NCBI GenBank assembly: GCA_965214775.1
Contig: OZ243974.1
Span: 1,152,001 to 1,216,000, forward strand
Direction: 5' to 3'
Length of the DNA stretch: 64,000 bases
From: Nitrosopumilus sp.
GTDB taxonomy: Archaea > Thermoproteota > Nitrososphaeria > Nitrososphaerales > Nitrosopumilaceae
This document shows positions 39,787 through 47,956 of the stretch, piece after piece. Both the position numbers and the translations under genes were made by a program. Position 1 is the first letter of the stretch, and the number at the start of each line of letters is the position of its first letter. The notes below the pieces were generated by a model, which was not told the DNA's origin, did not search any database, and worked only from the letters and a program-made list of their open reading frames with translations.

Positions 39787-42009
39787 CTGACGATCATTGA
39801 AAATTTCGCCTGATTACACGTCTTGTGAAGGTTTATAGATCTCCGCCATGGCCATTCTGACATGAACAAGACGAAAATCCTCACGGATGCCATGCGTGTG
39901 GAAAAGGATACCAGGATTCACACCAGAATTCTGGCGGTGCGTAGTATCTACGTCAGCCATTTGTTCATCTTTACCACCTTTATCTCGCCCCTGCGCGTCA
40001 TACTGCGCAGTGATCTCTGCATCTCCTTGACGGTCTTGTAAAGGCAGTTTGAAGTCGCCTTTTTGAACCCGCGCCACTGCCCCTCCGAGTTGTTAAGCTC
40101 CGGCGCGTACGGTGGCAGGTACTTTAGCACCACGTCCCCGTTCCACTTGGCCATCTTTCTATTGAGTTCTGCTGACTTGTGGTACGATGCGTTGTCGACA
40201 AACAACAACACCTTGCCGTACTTGCGGCGCAGTGTCCTGAGAAACTTGTAGAATGTTCCCGTGTTGGCCTTTTCGTAAAAGCGATAGTCAAACCTGTTTC
40301 TTGAGAGGGCCCCTATGACATAGAACCTTCCTGGACAGGCTGACGGGCGTATAGACCGGCTCTCCTACGGGGTACCAGCTGTTCTTGACGTTCCATCCCA
40401 GTATGAACATGGACTCGTCGCCTATCATTACCATGTACCCCTTTTTTGAATAGTACTTTGCGCTCTGCCTAGCTTTTTTTTTGAACTCCTTTTTCTCGGA
40501 TTCTGAGGCTGATTTTGGGTGTTTTGGCCTGGGCTTTCTGCATGAGAAGCCGATTCTGTGCAGCAGGTCGTACATGCTCGTTTCTGCATACGTGATGCCG
40601 AACTTCTTTTTGACGTGGGCAATGACCAGCGGCCCTGTCCATGTTGTGGCCTTAAAGCCGCAGTTGTCCGGGCCCTTGATCAGGTCTGCGCGCAGCCGTT
40701 CAAGCTGTTTCTTGTCGAGCCTGCACGGGGCGCCATGCTTTATGTCAAACCTGCCCTCCAGGCCATGCTTGTGCGCACGCACCAGCCAGTATCGTACGGT
40801 TCCATACGGCCTGCTCAGCTTCTCGGCAATATCATATATGCTCGCGCCGCACTTTCTCATGTGGTATGCAAGGAGCCGGATTGCCGCCTTGGCGTCCTTC
40901 TCGGACTTGTGCATCCTAAAAAGCTCGTCCTTGCTTGCTATCCCGTACAGGAACGCTGTTCCCGTCGGTAATTCCTTCTTTCCTTTCATGTGTATATATG
41001 GGACTAATAGCTCTTAGATCCTTTGGTTGAAAAAAATTGTCCTTTTTGTGATCAATTGGTAGCCGAGGATACTACGCTCCGTACTGCTTGGCAACACCAC
41101 TGCACAGACCGCAGAGATTGCCGACGTGACACAGCGTACCATACAGATGTGGGTCGAGAGGTTTGAGCTTGACGGCGTTGACGGTCTCCGTGACTCCCCC
41201 AACAGGGGCAAAAAGCCAAAGGTTCCAATCAACAGAATAAAAAAGATCGCCATGAGGCTGCGCAGGATGGAAAAGCTCACCCCAAAGAAGATGCGCAACT
41301 GGGTGCGCCGCAAACTGCATGTAACATACAGCGTTGGAAGCATCAGAAGAATCCTGCGCACGATGGGATTCTCGCTAAAGACGTCAACTACCAAGCTGGC
41401 AAATGCTGCCGACGCAAAGGAGGTAAGACGGTGGCAAAGGGAGGCAAAAGACACGATTAGGCTTGCAAAAAGGCGCGGATTCAGGATAACCGTACAGGAC
41501 GAGTCGATATTCGTCAGTACGGGAAGGGACGGCAAAAAGTTCTGGTCGCCAGTGGGGGACAGAATCGAGGTGCAACGATCCGGCAGAAGGGAGCGCGTCG
41601 TGGTATACGGAACGGTTGCAGACGACGGAACCAGGCTGATGCGTACATACGACAAGTTCAACAGCATAAACTTTGTGCGTTATCTCAAGCAGGCGCGCAA
41701 AAGTGGGGAAAGGTTCTGATTGTGATGGACAACGCAGCACAGCACAAGACCGGAAGGGTCCACAGGTACCTGAAGAAAAATCCCGACGTTGTCCTGCTGT
41801 ACCTGCCGGTAGCTAGGCCGGAGCTGAGCGCCATAGAGCCAATCTGGAAGGATGCCAAGTACAGGCTGGTCACATCTGCCTTTTATGATACGGCAGATCA
41901 CCTCAAAAGGGCCGTCTCAGAATACTTTAGGACGTGTTCCATCAAGGTTGACATCTACAAGTATCTTGAGCGCAGCGTGTAATCAGGCGAAATTTTCAAT
42001 GATCGTCAG
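39787..42009 (+). mobile_element. IS630-family element B, disrupted by nested IS630-A and frameshifted
   Basis: Long TIR CTGACGATCATTGAAAATTTCGCCTGATTACAC; TA TSD; intact copy at 56232-57320. Confidence 0.92.
39942..41074 (-). mobile_element. IS630-family element A, copy 2 (2-bp deletion, pseudogene)
   Basis: Near-identical inverted copy of 11399-12533; frameshift near 40325. Confidence 0.92.
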
Positions 42010-42054
42010 TATAGGTGTGTCAATTACGCATAAAGTCTAATATAATTATCGTCC

Positions 42055-43098
42055 TTGATACCGTATGTGGAAATAATCCGAAGTCGTGCCCCGCTGCGTA
42101 TTAGCTTTGCAGGAGGCGGAACAGACGTGTCCCCGTATCCTGAATTAAAGGGAGGCGCAGTAATCAGTACCACCATAGACAGATACGCCTACGTATCATT
42201 ACAGGCAAATCAAGAAAACCGAGTGCAGGTCAAATCCCACGACTATAATCTTTTGGAAACATTTGAGAACATCTCTGATATGACATACGACGGAAGATTA
42301 GACTTGGCCAAAGCCGCAATAAAGATATTGAATCTGGAAAAAACATATTTTGACGCACTGATACATGTCGATTCCCCGCCAGGATCCGGCCTAGGATCAT
42401 CTTCTGCTGTGGCCGTAAGCCTGATCGGTTCGCTGTCTTATCTCCTGAGGAAAGATCTCTCTACTTACGAGATAGCAGAAAAGGCCTATGACGTGGAAAG
42501 AGTCGAATTGGGAATCAAGGGCGGCAAACAGGATCAATACGCATCATCTTTTGGCGGGTTCAACCTTCTGGAGTTTAAAAAATCATCCGTTGACGTTACC
42601 CCGCTTCGAATAAGACACGAAGTTTTAAACGAATTACTGGCCTCTATTGTGATCTGTGACACGCAGGTTACTCGACTGTCTGCTAACATCCTTGAAAGAC
42701 AGTCAAAGAGCTACTCAAAGGGAAGCAATACCATTGATTCTAACCTAGATTTCATAAAAAAATCTGCCTATGACATGAAAGCCTCTCTAATCAAAGGCGA
42801 CATGACAAGTATGGGCGAACTGCTACACGAGGGCTGGATGTATAAAAAGAGACTTGACAGCGAGATTAGCAATTCGTCAATTGATAAAATTTATGACACT
42901 GCCTTGGAAAATGGCGCATCCGGAGGAAAACTGCTGGGGGCCGGCGGAGGCGGGCATTTTCTGTTCATTTGTGATCCGGACAAACGCAATGAAGTCTCGC
43001 GTGTTGTAGAAAAGCTAGGCTGCAAACAAATCAAGATAAATTTTGATACTGAGGGACTGCAGGTGTGGAAAAAAAACAACGATCACATCACATATTGA
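42055..43098 (+). CDS. hddA: D-glycero-alpha-D-manno-heptose-7-phosphate kinase (GHMP)
   Basis: RAPLRISFAGGGTD, PGSGLGSSS, GGKQDQY and GGKLLGAGGGG motifs. Confidence 0.9.
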   Translation: MIPYVEIIRSRAPLRISFAGGGTDVSPYPELKGGAVISTTIDRYAYVSLQANQENRVQVKSHDYNLLETFENISDMTYDGRLDLAKAAIKILNLEKTYFDALIHVDSPPGSGLGSSSAVAVSLIGSLSYLLRKDLSTYEIAEKAYDVERVELGIKGGKQDQYASSFGGFNLLEFKKSSVDVTPLRIRHEVLNELLASIVICDTQVTRLSANILERQSKSYSKGSNTIDSNLDFIKKSAYDMKASLIKGDMTSMGELLHEGWMYKKRLDSEISNSSIDKIYDTALENGASGGKLLGAGGGGHFLFICDPDKRNEVSRVVEKLGCKQIKINFDTEGLQVWKKNNDHITY

Positions 43099-43145
43099 CG
43101 ACAACATCAAACAGTTTAATACCGTACGCTGATGATGCCTAAAGC

Positions 43146-43754
43146 ATGAAATACACTCATTTTATAGAACGCGAACTACAAAGCAGCATAGACATAAAAA
43201 AATCACTTTTGGCAGACATCCAGACAATTCAAAAAATCGGAAAAATTATGATCAAATCCATCAACTCAAACCACGGCATATTCTTTCTTGGAAATGGCGG
43301 CAGTGCTGCCGATGCGCAACACATGGCAGCCGAATTGGTGGGGCTGTTTGGCCACAACGTAAAGCGAGCTGCACTTCCTGCAGTTGCCCTGACTACTAAC
43401 TCGTCCATTCTTACTGCAGTATCCAACGACATTTCCTTTGATATGGTATTCTCAAGACAGGTTGAAGCTTTTGTTAAAAAGGGCGATGTGGTGGTGGGGA
43501 TAAGTACCTCTGGACGCTCAAAAAACATTATTGAGGCAATAAGGCTTGCCAAGAAAAAGGGCGCCATCACAATTGCTCTTACCGGAAAAAACAAGAGTCC
43601 CCTCTCAAAAATTGCCGATGTTTCCATGCATGCTCCCTCAAACAATACCCAAAGAATTCAGGAATGCCACATTACACTGGGCCACATCTTCTGTGGAATG
43701 ATTGAGAATTCCCTCAAGCCTGATTTCATTCTGACTGCAGGAAAGAAGGCTTAA
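43146..43754 (+). CDS. gmhA: Sedoheptulose-7-phosphate isomerase
   Basis: GNGGSAADAQH, ISTSG.S.N and RIQECH motifs. Confidence 0.95.
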   Translation: MKYTHFIERELQSSIDIKKSLLADIQTIQKIGKIMIKSINSNHGIFFLGNGGSAADAQHMAAELVGLFGHNVKRAALPAVALTTNSSILTAVSNDISFDMVFSRQVEAFVKKGDVVVGISTSGRSKNIIEAIRLAKKKGAITIALTGKNKSPLSKIADVSMHAPSNNTQRIQECHITLGHIFCGMIENSLKPDFILTAGKKA

Positions 43755-43778
43755 TATTGAATCGTACTTTGCCCAATA

Positions 43779-44741
43779 ATGTTGAGGGTATTTGTTACTG
43801 GAATTACCGGCTTTGTGGGAAGCCACCTGGCAGAATACATCCTGGACAAGCACCCCGAATACGAGGTTCACGGTGGTTCCAGATGGAGAAGTGATCTGCA
43901 AAACGTCAGACACCTAGATGGAAAGATCTCCATGCATGACTTTGAGCTGCGTGACGGAAAATCCGTAGAGAACGTAATTAAAAACGTTCGGCCGGAAAAA
44001 ATATTCCACCTTGCGGCCCAATCCTATGTGATGTCAAGCTACGAGCATCCGCGCGATACCATCGAAACAAACGTTATTGGAACGCTGAACCTTTTTGAGG
44101 CCATTAGAAAGTCAGACATCGATCCGGTCGTGCATGTCTGCAGTTCTTCAGAGGTGTACGGCAAGGTTAACCCTGATGAGATACCCATCAAGGAAACCAA
44201 CGAATTAAGGCCTGCCAGTCCGTATGCCCTGAGCAAAGTGGGCGAAGATCGGCTTGGATTTCAGTATTTTAATTCCTACGGGATCAAAAACATCATGACT
44301 AGGGCATTTACCCACACCGGCCCGCGCAGAGGCAGCGTATTTGCAGAATCCAGTTTTGCCAAGCAAATAGCCGAAGCTGAAAACGGAAAACGCGAGCCTG
44401 TTGTCAGTACAGGCAATCTGGACTCTGTTCGAACTTTTCTTGATGTAAGGGACATTGTTCACGCATACTGGCTGCTGACTGAAAAATGCGTTCCCGGCGA
44501 GGCATACAATGTAGGCGGAAAAACCACAATGAAGGTCGGAGAGATGCTTGACCTGATGATTGGCATGAGCGACAAAGAAATCACGACAAGGCAGGATCCA
44601 AGGCGCATGAGGCCCTCAGACGTCACATTACAAATTCCTGATACCTCCAAGTTTGCAGAAAAAACCGGCTGGAAACCCACAATTCCGGTTGAAAAGACGT
44701 TCAGGGATCTTTTGGATTACTGGCGTGATCTAACAAAATAA
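43779..44741 (+). CDS. GDP-mannose/GDP-heptose 4,6-dehydratase-like SDR
   Basis: TGITGFVGSHL, HLAAQSYV, SSSEVYG, SPYALSK and RPSD motifs. Confidence 0.88.
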   Translation: MLRVFVTGITGFVGSHLAEYILDKHPEYEVHGGSRWRSDLQNVRHLDGKISMHDFELRDGKSVENVIKNVRPEKIFHLAAQSYVMSSYEHPRDTIETNVIGTLNLFEAIRKSDIDPVVHVCSSSEVYGKVNPDEIPIKETNELRPASPYALSKVGEDRLGFQYFNSYGIKNIMTRAFTHTGPRRGSVFAESSFAKQIAEAENGKREPVVSTGNLDSVRTFLDVRDIVHAYWLLTEKCVPGEAYNVGGKTTMKVGEMLDLMIGMSDKEITTRQDPRRMRPSDVTLQIPDTSKFAEKTGWKPTIPVEKTFRDLLDYWRDLTK

Positions 44742-44973
44742 AAGGCCTAAAAATTATGGGACATGACGGCAGAGAGTTGATTTGAACTTTACAGACAGAC
44801 AATTCACCATTTGCAGGCATCATTTTGATCGATTTGATGCAAATCTGCTTATGTGTGATCCGAGTCTGCTGATTTCGAGCCAACCCTCCGGCAAACGTGA
44901 TTTTCATATAAAACGTGTCACGTGACCGGGGTTGTAATGACAAATTTTTATTGAATACAAACTACAAGACGAC

Positions 44974-45459
44974 ATGAAGCGCGGATTATTTCTGGATCGT
45001 GACGGCGTACTAAATTTCAAGGCTGAATCCTATGTGACTACAGCAGATGAACTGGTGCTGCTTCCAGACGTTGGAAAACATCTGAGAAAGTTTCAAGAAT
45101 GCGGTTTTCAGTTGTTTGTAGTTACTAACCAGTCTGCAATAAACCGTGGACTGCTAAGTCATGAAACCCTGAATAAAATCCACCAGAAGCTGTTACATCA
45201 ATTATCCGCAGATGGCGTTACCGTAAAAAAAATCTATTACTGCCCGCACAAACCAGAAGAGAGGTGTGCATGCCGCAAACCAAAAAACGCATTGTTTGAA
45301 AAAGCCCTAAGGGACAACCGTCTTGATCCCTCACAATCCTGGATGATAGGAGATTCAAACTCCGATGTTGAGGCTGCAATCGCTTCCGGCATAAACCCAT
45401 TTAAAATAAAAACCAATTCCTCCTTGCTGGCCTGCATTGAGAAGATCTTAGACGGCTGA
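44974..45459 (+). CDS. gmhB: Heptose-1,7-bisphosphate phosphatase
   Basis: FLDRDGV, VTNQS, CPH...C.CRKP and MIGD..SD motifs. Confidence 0.93.
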   Translation: MKRGLFLDRDGVLNFKAESYVTTADELVLLPDVGKHLRKFQECGFQLFVVTNQSAINRGLLSHETLNKIHQKLLHQLSADGVTVKKIYYCPHKPEERCACRKPKNALFEKALRDNRLDPSQSWMIGDSNSDVEAAIASGINPFKIKTNSSLLACIEKILDG

Positions 45460-45550
45460 AACCCATCTGTTTTTTAGAACTTTACGAAATAGATGCCTGT
45501 TATTTTTTCCTTGATCAAAGAATCGGGAGACCGCAGATGCGTCTGTGATC

Positions 45551-46046
45551 GTATGAGGTTACCCCGTCTCGAGGAATACGGCGCGATAGACACGATCATA
45601 AAGGTCCCGGCCAGTCCTGTCGCCTGAGGGGTAAATTCGTACAAAACGAGGATCGCCCTCAACTAGTTTAACGCAGATTAAAGTTCTAACTGTAATGACA
45701 ATAATGATGATGACGTTCATTTCACACGCATGTCTCCTATGCACGGCTTGAAGGTCATCTCCTTCTTTAGCATCCAGTATGATATGCGCAGCAGCTTGGA
45801 TGCTGCGGCCTTGGATCTTTCCACTCTTCTTTATCTCGCTTTCCTTGTTGCTTATTTTTGTGTTCCCCAGGACCTTGCCGTCCTTGTCCATCACTGCAAC
45901 CTGGATGGACTTCTTGTGCACGTCCAGACCGACATACTGCTGCACCGCCTTTGATTTCACACATATCCTTTTTTTTTGCGCTAATCTGTCTGTTTGCATT
46001 GCAATTTATCTTGGTACCATCTGAATTTTGTTTTTGAGACACATAT
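45551..46046 (-). mobile_element. Internally deleted IS110 relic abutting an IS66-like end
   Basis: YVGLDVHKKSIQ fused to AAASKLLRISYWMLK; GTATGAGGTTACC at 45551. Confidence 0.72.
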
Positions 46047-46252
46047 CAGTACTTCCTAGGTGTACTTTTACAGGCACGGTAATTACGTAATTTGGAGAAG
46101 ATCTTATGCGTAAACGAAGTTAGCGGCTATGGCGTGCCGGGTCTGCAAAAGCACATCTAGGAAGTAGACTTTATGCGTAATCGATCCAAAACTAGGATTA
46201 TTACGAACAAATTCATCTCATTCAGATCGATTACGCATAAAGTCTAGTACTG
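46047..46252. mobile_element. CAGTACTTCCTAG MITE with an 80-bp IS5-type MITE (46166-46245) nested in its right TIR
   Basis: Inner TIR AGACTTTATGCGTAATCGATC with AGT duplicated; outer element flanked by ATAT. Confidence 0.75.
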
Positions 46253-46520
46253 ATATGGCGTTGTGTTTCCCGGACATTCTGACACACGAGAGCATGTTCC
46301 TTCCGCCATCTGCAACATGTTCATATATGCGCGGGTTGTTCTCAAGATCGCGGCACTGTCTGGATTTTTGCTTCAACAAAAACCACGGGGCCGCACCCCA
46401 ATTGATCTGTCTGTTTGCTTCAACAAAAACCACGGGGCCGCACCCCAATTGATCTGTCTGTTTGCATTGCAATTTATCTTGGTACCATCTGAATTTTGTT
46501 TTTGAGACACATATGGTTAC
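46253..46520 (-). pseudogene. ISH3 5' fragment fused to an IS110 left end
   Basis: Inverted match to ~22970-23133 (with a short tandem duplication) and to 14531-14600. Confidence 0.75.
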
Positions 46521-46528
46521 TCTGTGAT

Positions 46529-46650
46529 CAGCCTTCCCAAGTTCCACGTAAAACGGCTCCAAATTTGACACAACTCAGACTATGATGCCTGCAGATCTGT
46601 ACATCATCATCGTCTGCGCCGACATGGGCCGGGTTACACGGGGAAGACTG
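46529..46650. mobile_element. CAGTCTTCCC-family MITE
   Basis: Ends CAGCCTTCCC / GGGAAGACTG; conserved TGCCTGCAGAT core. Confidence 0.75.
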
Positions 46651-46658
46651 GCGTGAGA

Positions 46659-46769
46659 CAGCCAAGTGAAAAGTAAATGAGGTTTGTTGTTTTGTCCTGA
46701 TATTGAGGTATCGTACCTCCTGTTCATCTTCTGTTTTTACTTGATTTTTTAGTACTTTTCACTTGGCTG
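46659..46769. mobile_element. ISH3-derived MITE
   Basis: TIR CAGCCAAGTGAAAAGTA; 5-bp TSD TGAGA. Confidence 0.88.
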
Positions 46770-46777
46770 TGAGAAGC

Positions 46778-46917
46778 TAGTTTGTTGCATAACTCGATTT
46801 TTTTACTCGAATTCGTCCTAAACGACAAATCCAGATAAAAACCACAGTTGATTTCGGATCTATCTGTGATCGAAATCAGGAGTTTTTTGACGAAAAAAGA
46901 AGTTATGCAACAAACTA
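46778..46917. mobile_element. 140-bp MITE
   Basis: TIR TAGTTTGTTGCATAACT; 8-bp TSD TGAGAAGC; same end at 39622. Confidence 0.88.
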
Positions 46918-46938
46918 TGAGAAGCAGCTCAATTTTAT

Positions 46939-47850
46939 ATGGGTCGGTTCATCAACGAATGCCTGATGCACACTCCCGACGTCATAGCATGGCCCAACCT
47001 CTATTATGTAGCCCCCGAAAAAACAGGAACGACTACAATATACCACATTCTGAGGCAGATTCGTGGAATATATGTTCCCCACGTAAAGGAGCCGGATTAT
47101 TTTTTACGGGCTATTACCAAGAGGCAGTATCTTTCGCTTTACGGGAATGCCAGAGGCGAGAAGATACTTGCCGATACCTCGCATTATTATTTTAGCAGTA
47201 CCGCGTGCAGGAGGATCCGCGCAGTAAGGCCGGACGCAAAAATCCTGATCAGCCTGCGGGATCCCGTCGAACAGCTGTTTTCACGGTGGCTATACTACAT
47301 CAAAGCAAAGTCAAACTCCCTTACTCCTACGCAAAGAATTGATCGCTTCATAAACGACGATTACGGTGTTCTGTGTATCAACACCATCAGAGACAACTCA
47401 GATCTGCTGGATATCAGAAAGTCAAACAAGTACTACTACTCCGAGCCACTGTCCATGTGGATTTCTGCCTTTGGAAGGCAGAACGTCAAGGTGATACTCC
47501 TTGAGGATCTGGTCGAAAACCCGAGGGATACGGTGGCCGGCCTGCTGGACTTTGTGGGGGGGGGGTGCACTGCCGACCTTGACTCGTTAGTTCTCAAGGA
47601 CTATAACCCCTTCCGTATCTATCGCTCCCACACGCTGTCCGGAATCCTGAGACGCATACCTGCATCGATCCGTACCCGCATCCCACTAGGCATAAAGACG
47701 TTTGCTGATGAAAAAATCCTGACACAACGCAGGCAAAAGCCGCAGATGAACCCCCAAGACAGGCGCCGGCTGCGGCACTTTCTCCGGGACGACGTGTCTG
47801 AGACAGAGAGGATCCTAGGGCGCAGGCTTCCCTGGAAGAACTTTCGGTAG
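46939..47850 (+). CDS. PAPS-dependent sulfotransferase
   Basis: PEKTGTT 5'-PSB motif, KEPDYF, and LRDPVE..FS 3'-PB motif. Confidence 0.88.
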   Translation: MGRFINECLMHTPDVIAWPNLYYVAPEKTGTTTIYHILRQIRGIYVPHVKEPDYFLRAITKRQYLSLYGNARGEKILADTSHYYFSSTACRRIRAVRPDAKILISLRDPVEQLFSRWLYYIKAKSNSLTPTQRIDRFINDDYGVLCINTIRDNSDLLDIRKSNKYYYSEPLSMWISAFGRQNVKVILLEDLVENPRDTVAGLLDFVGGGCTADLDSLVLKDYNPFRIYRSHTLSGILRRIPASIRTRIPLGIKTFADEKILTQRRQKPQMNPQDRRRLRHFLRDDVSETERILGRRLPWKNFR

Positions 47851-47956
47851 CGCGGCCGCATAGGTGATGCACCGTGTGATGTACAGATGCATGCCTGCAA
47901 CCATGACCTCTTGAATGTCATCTGCCGTTTGTAGGTGTGTCTGATCATAAAATACT

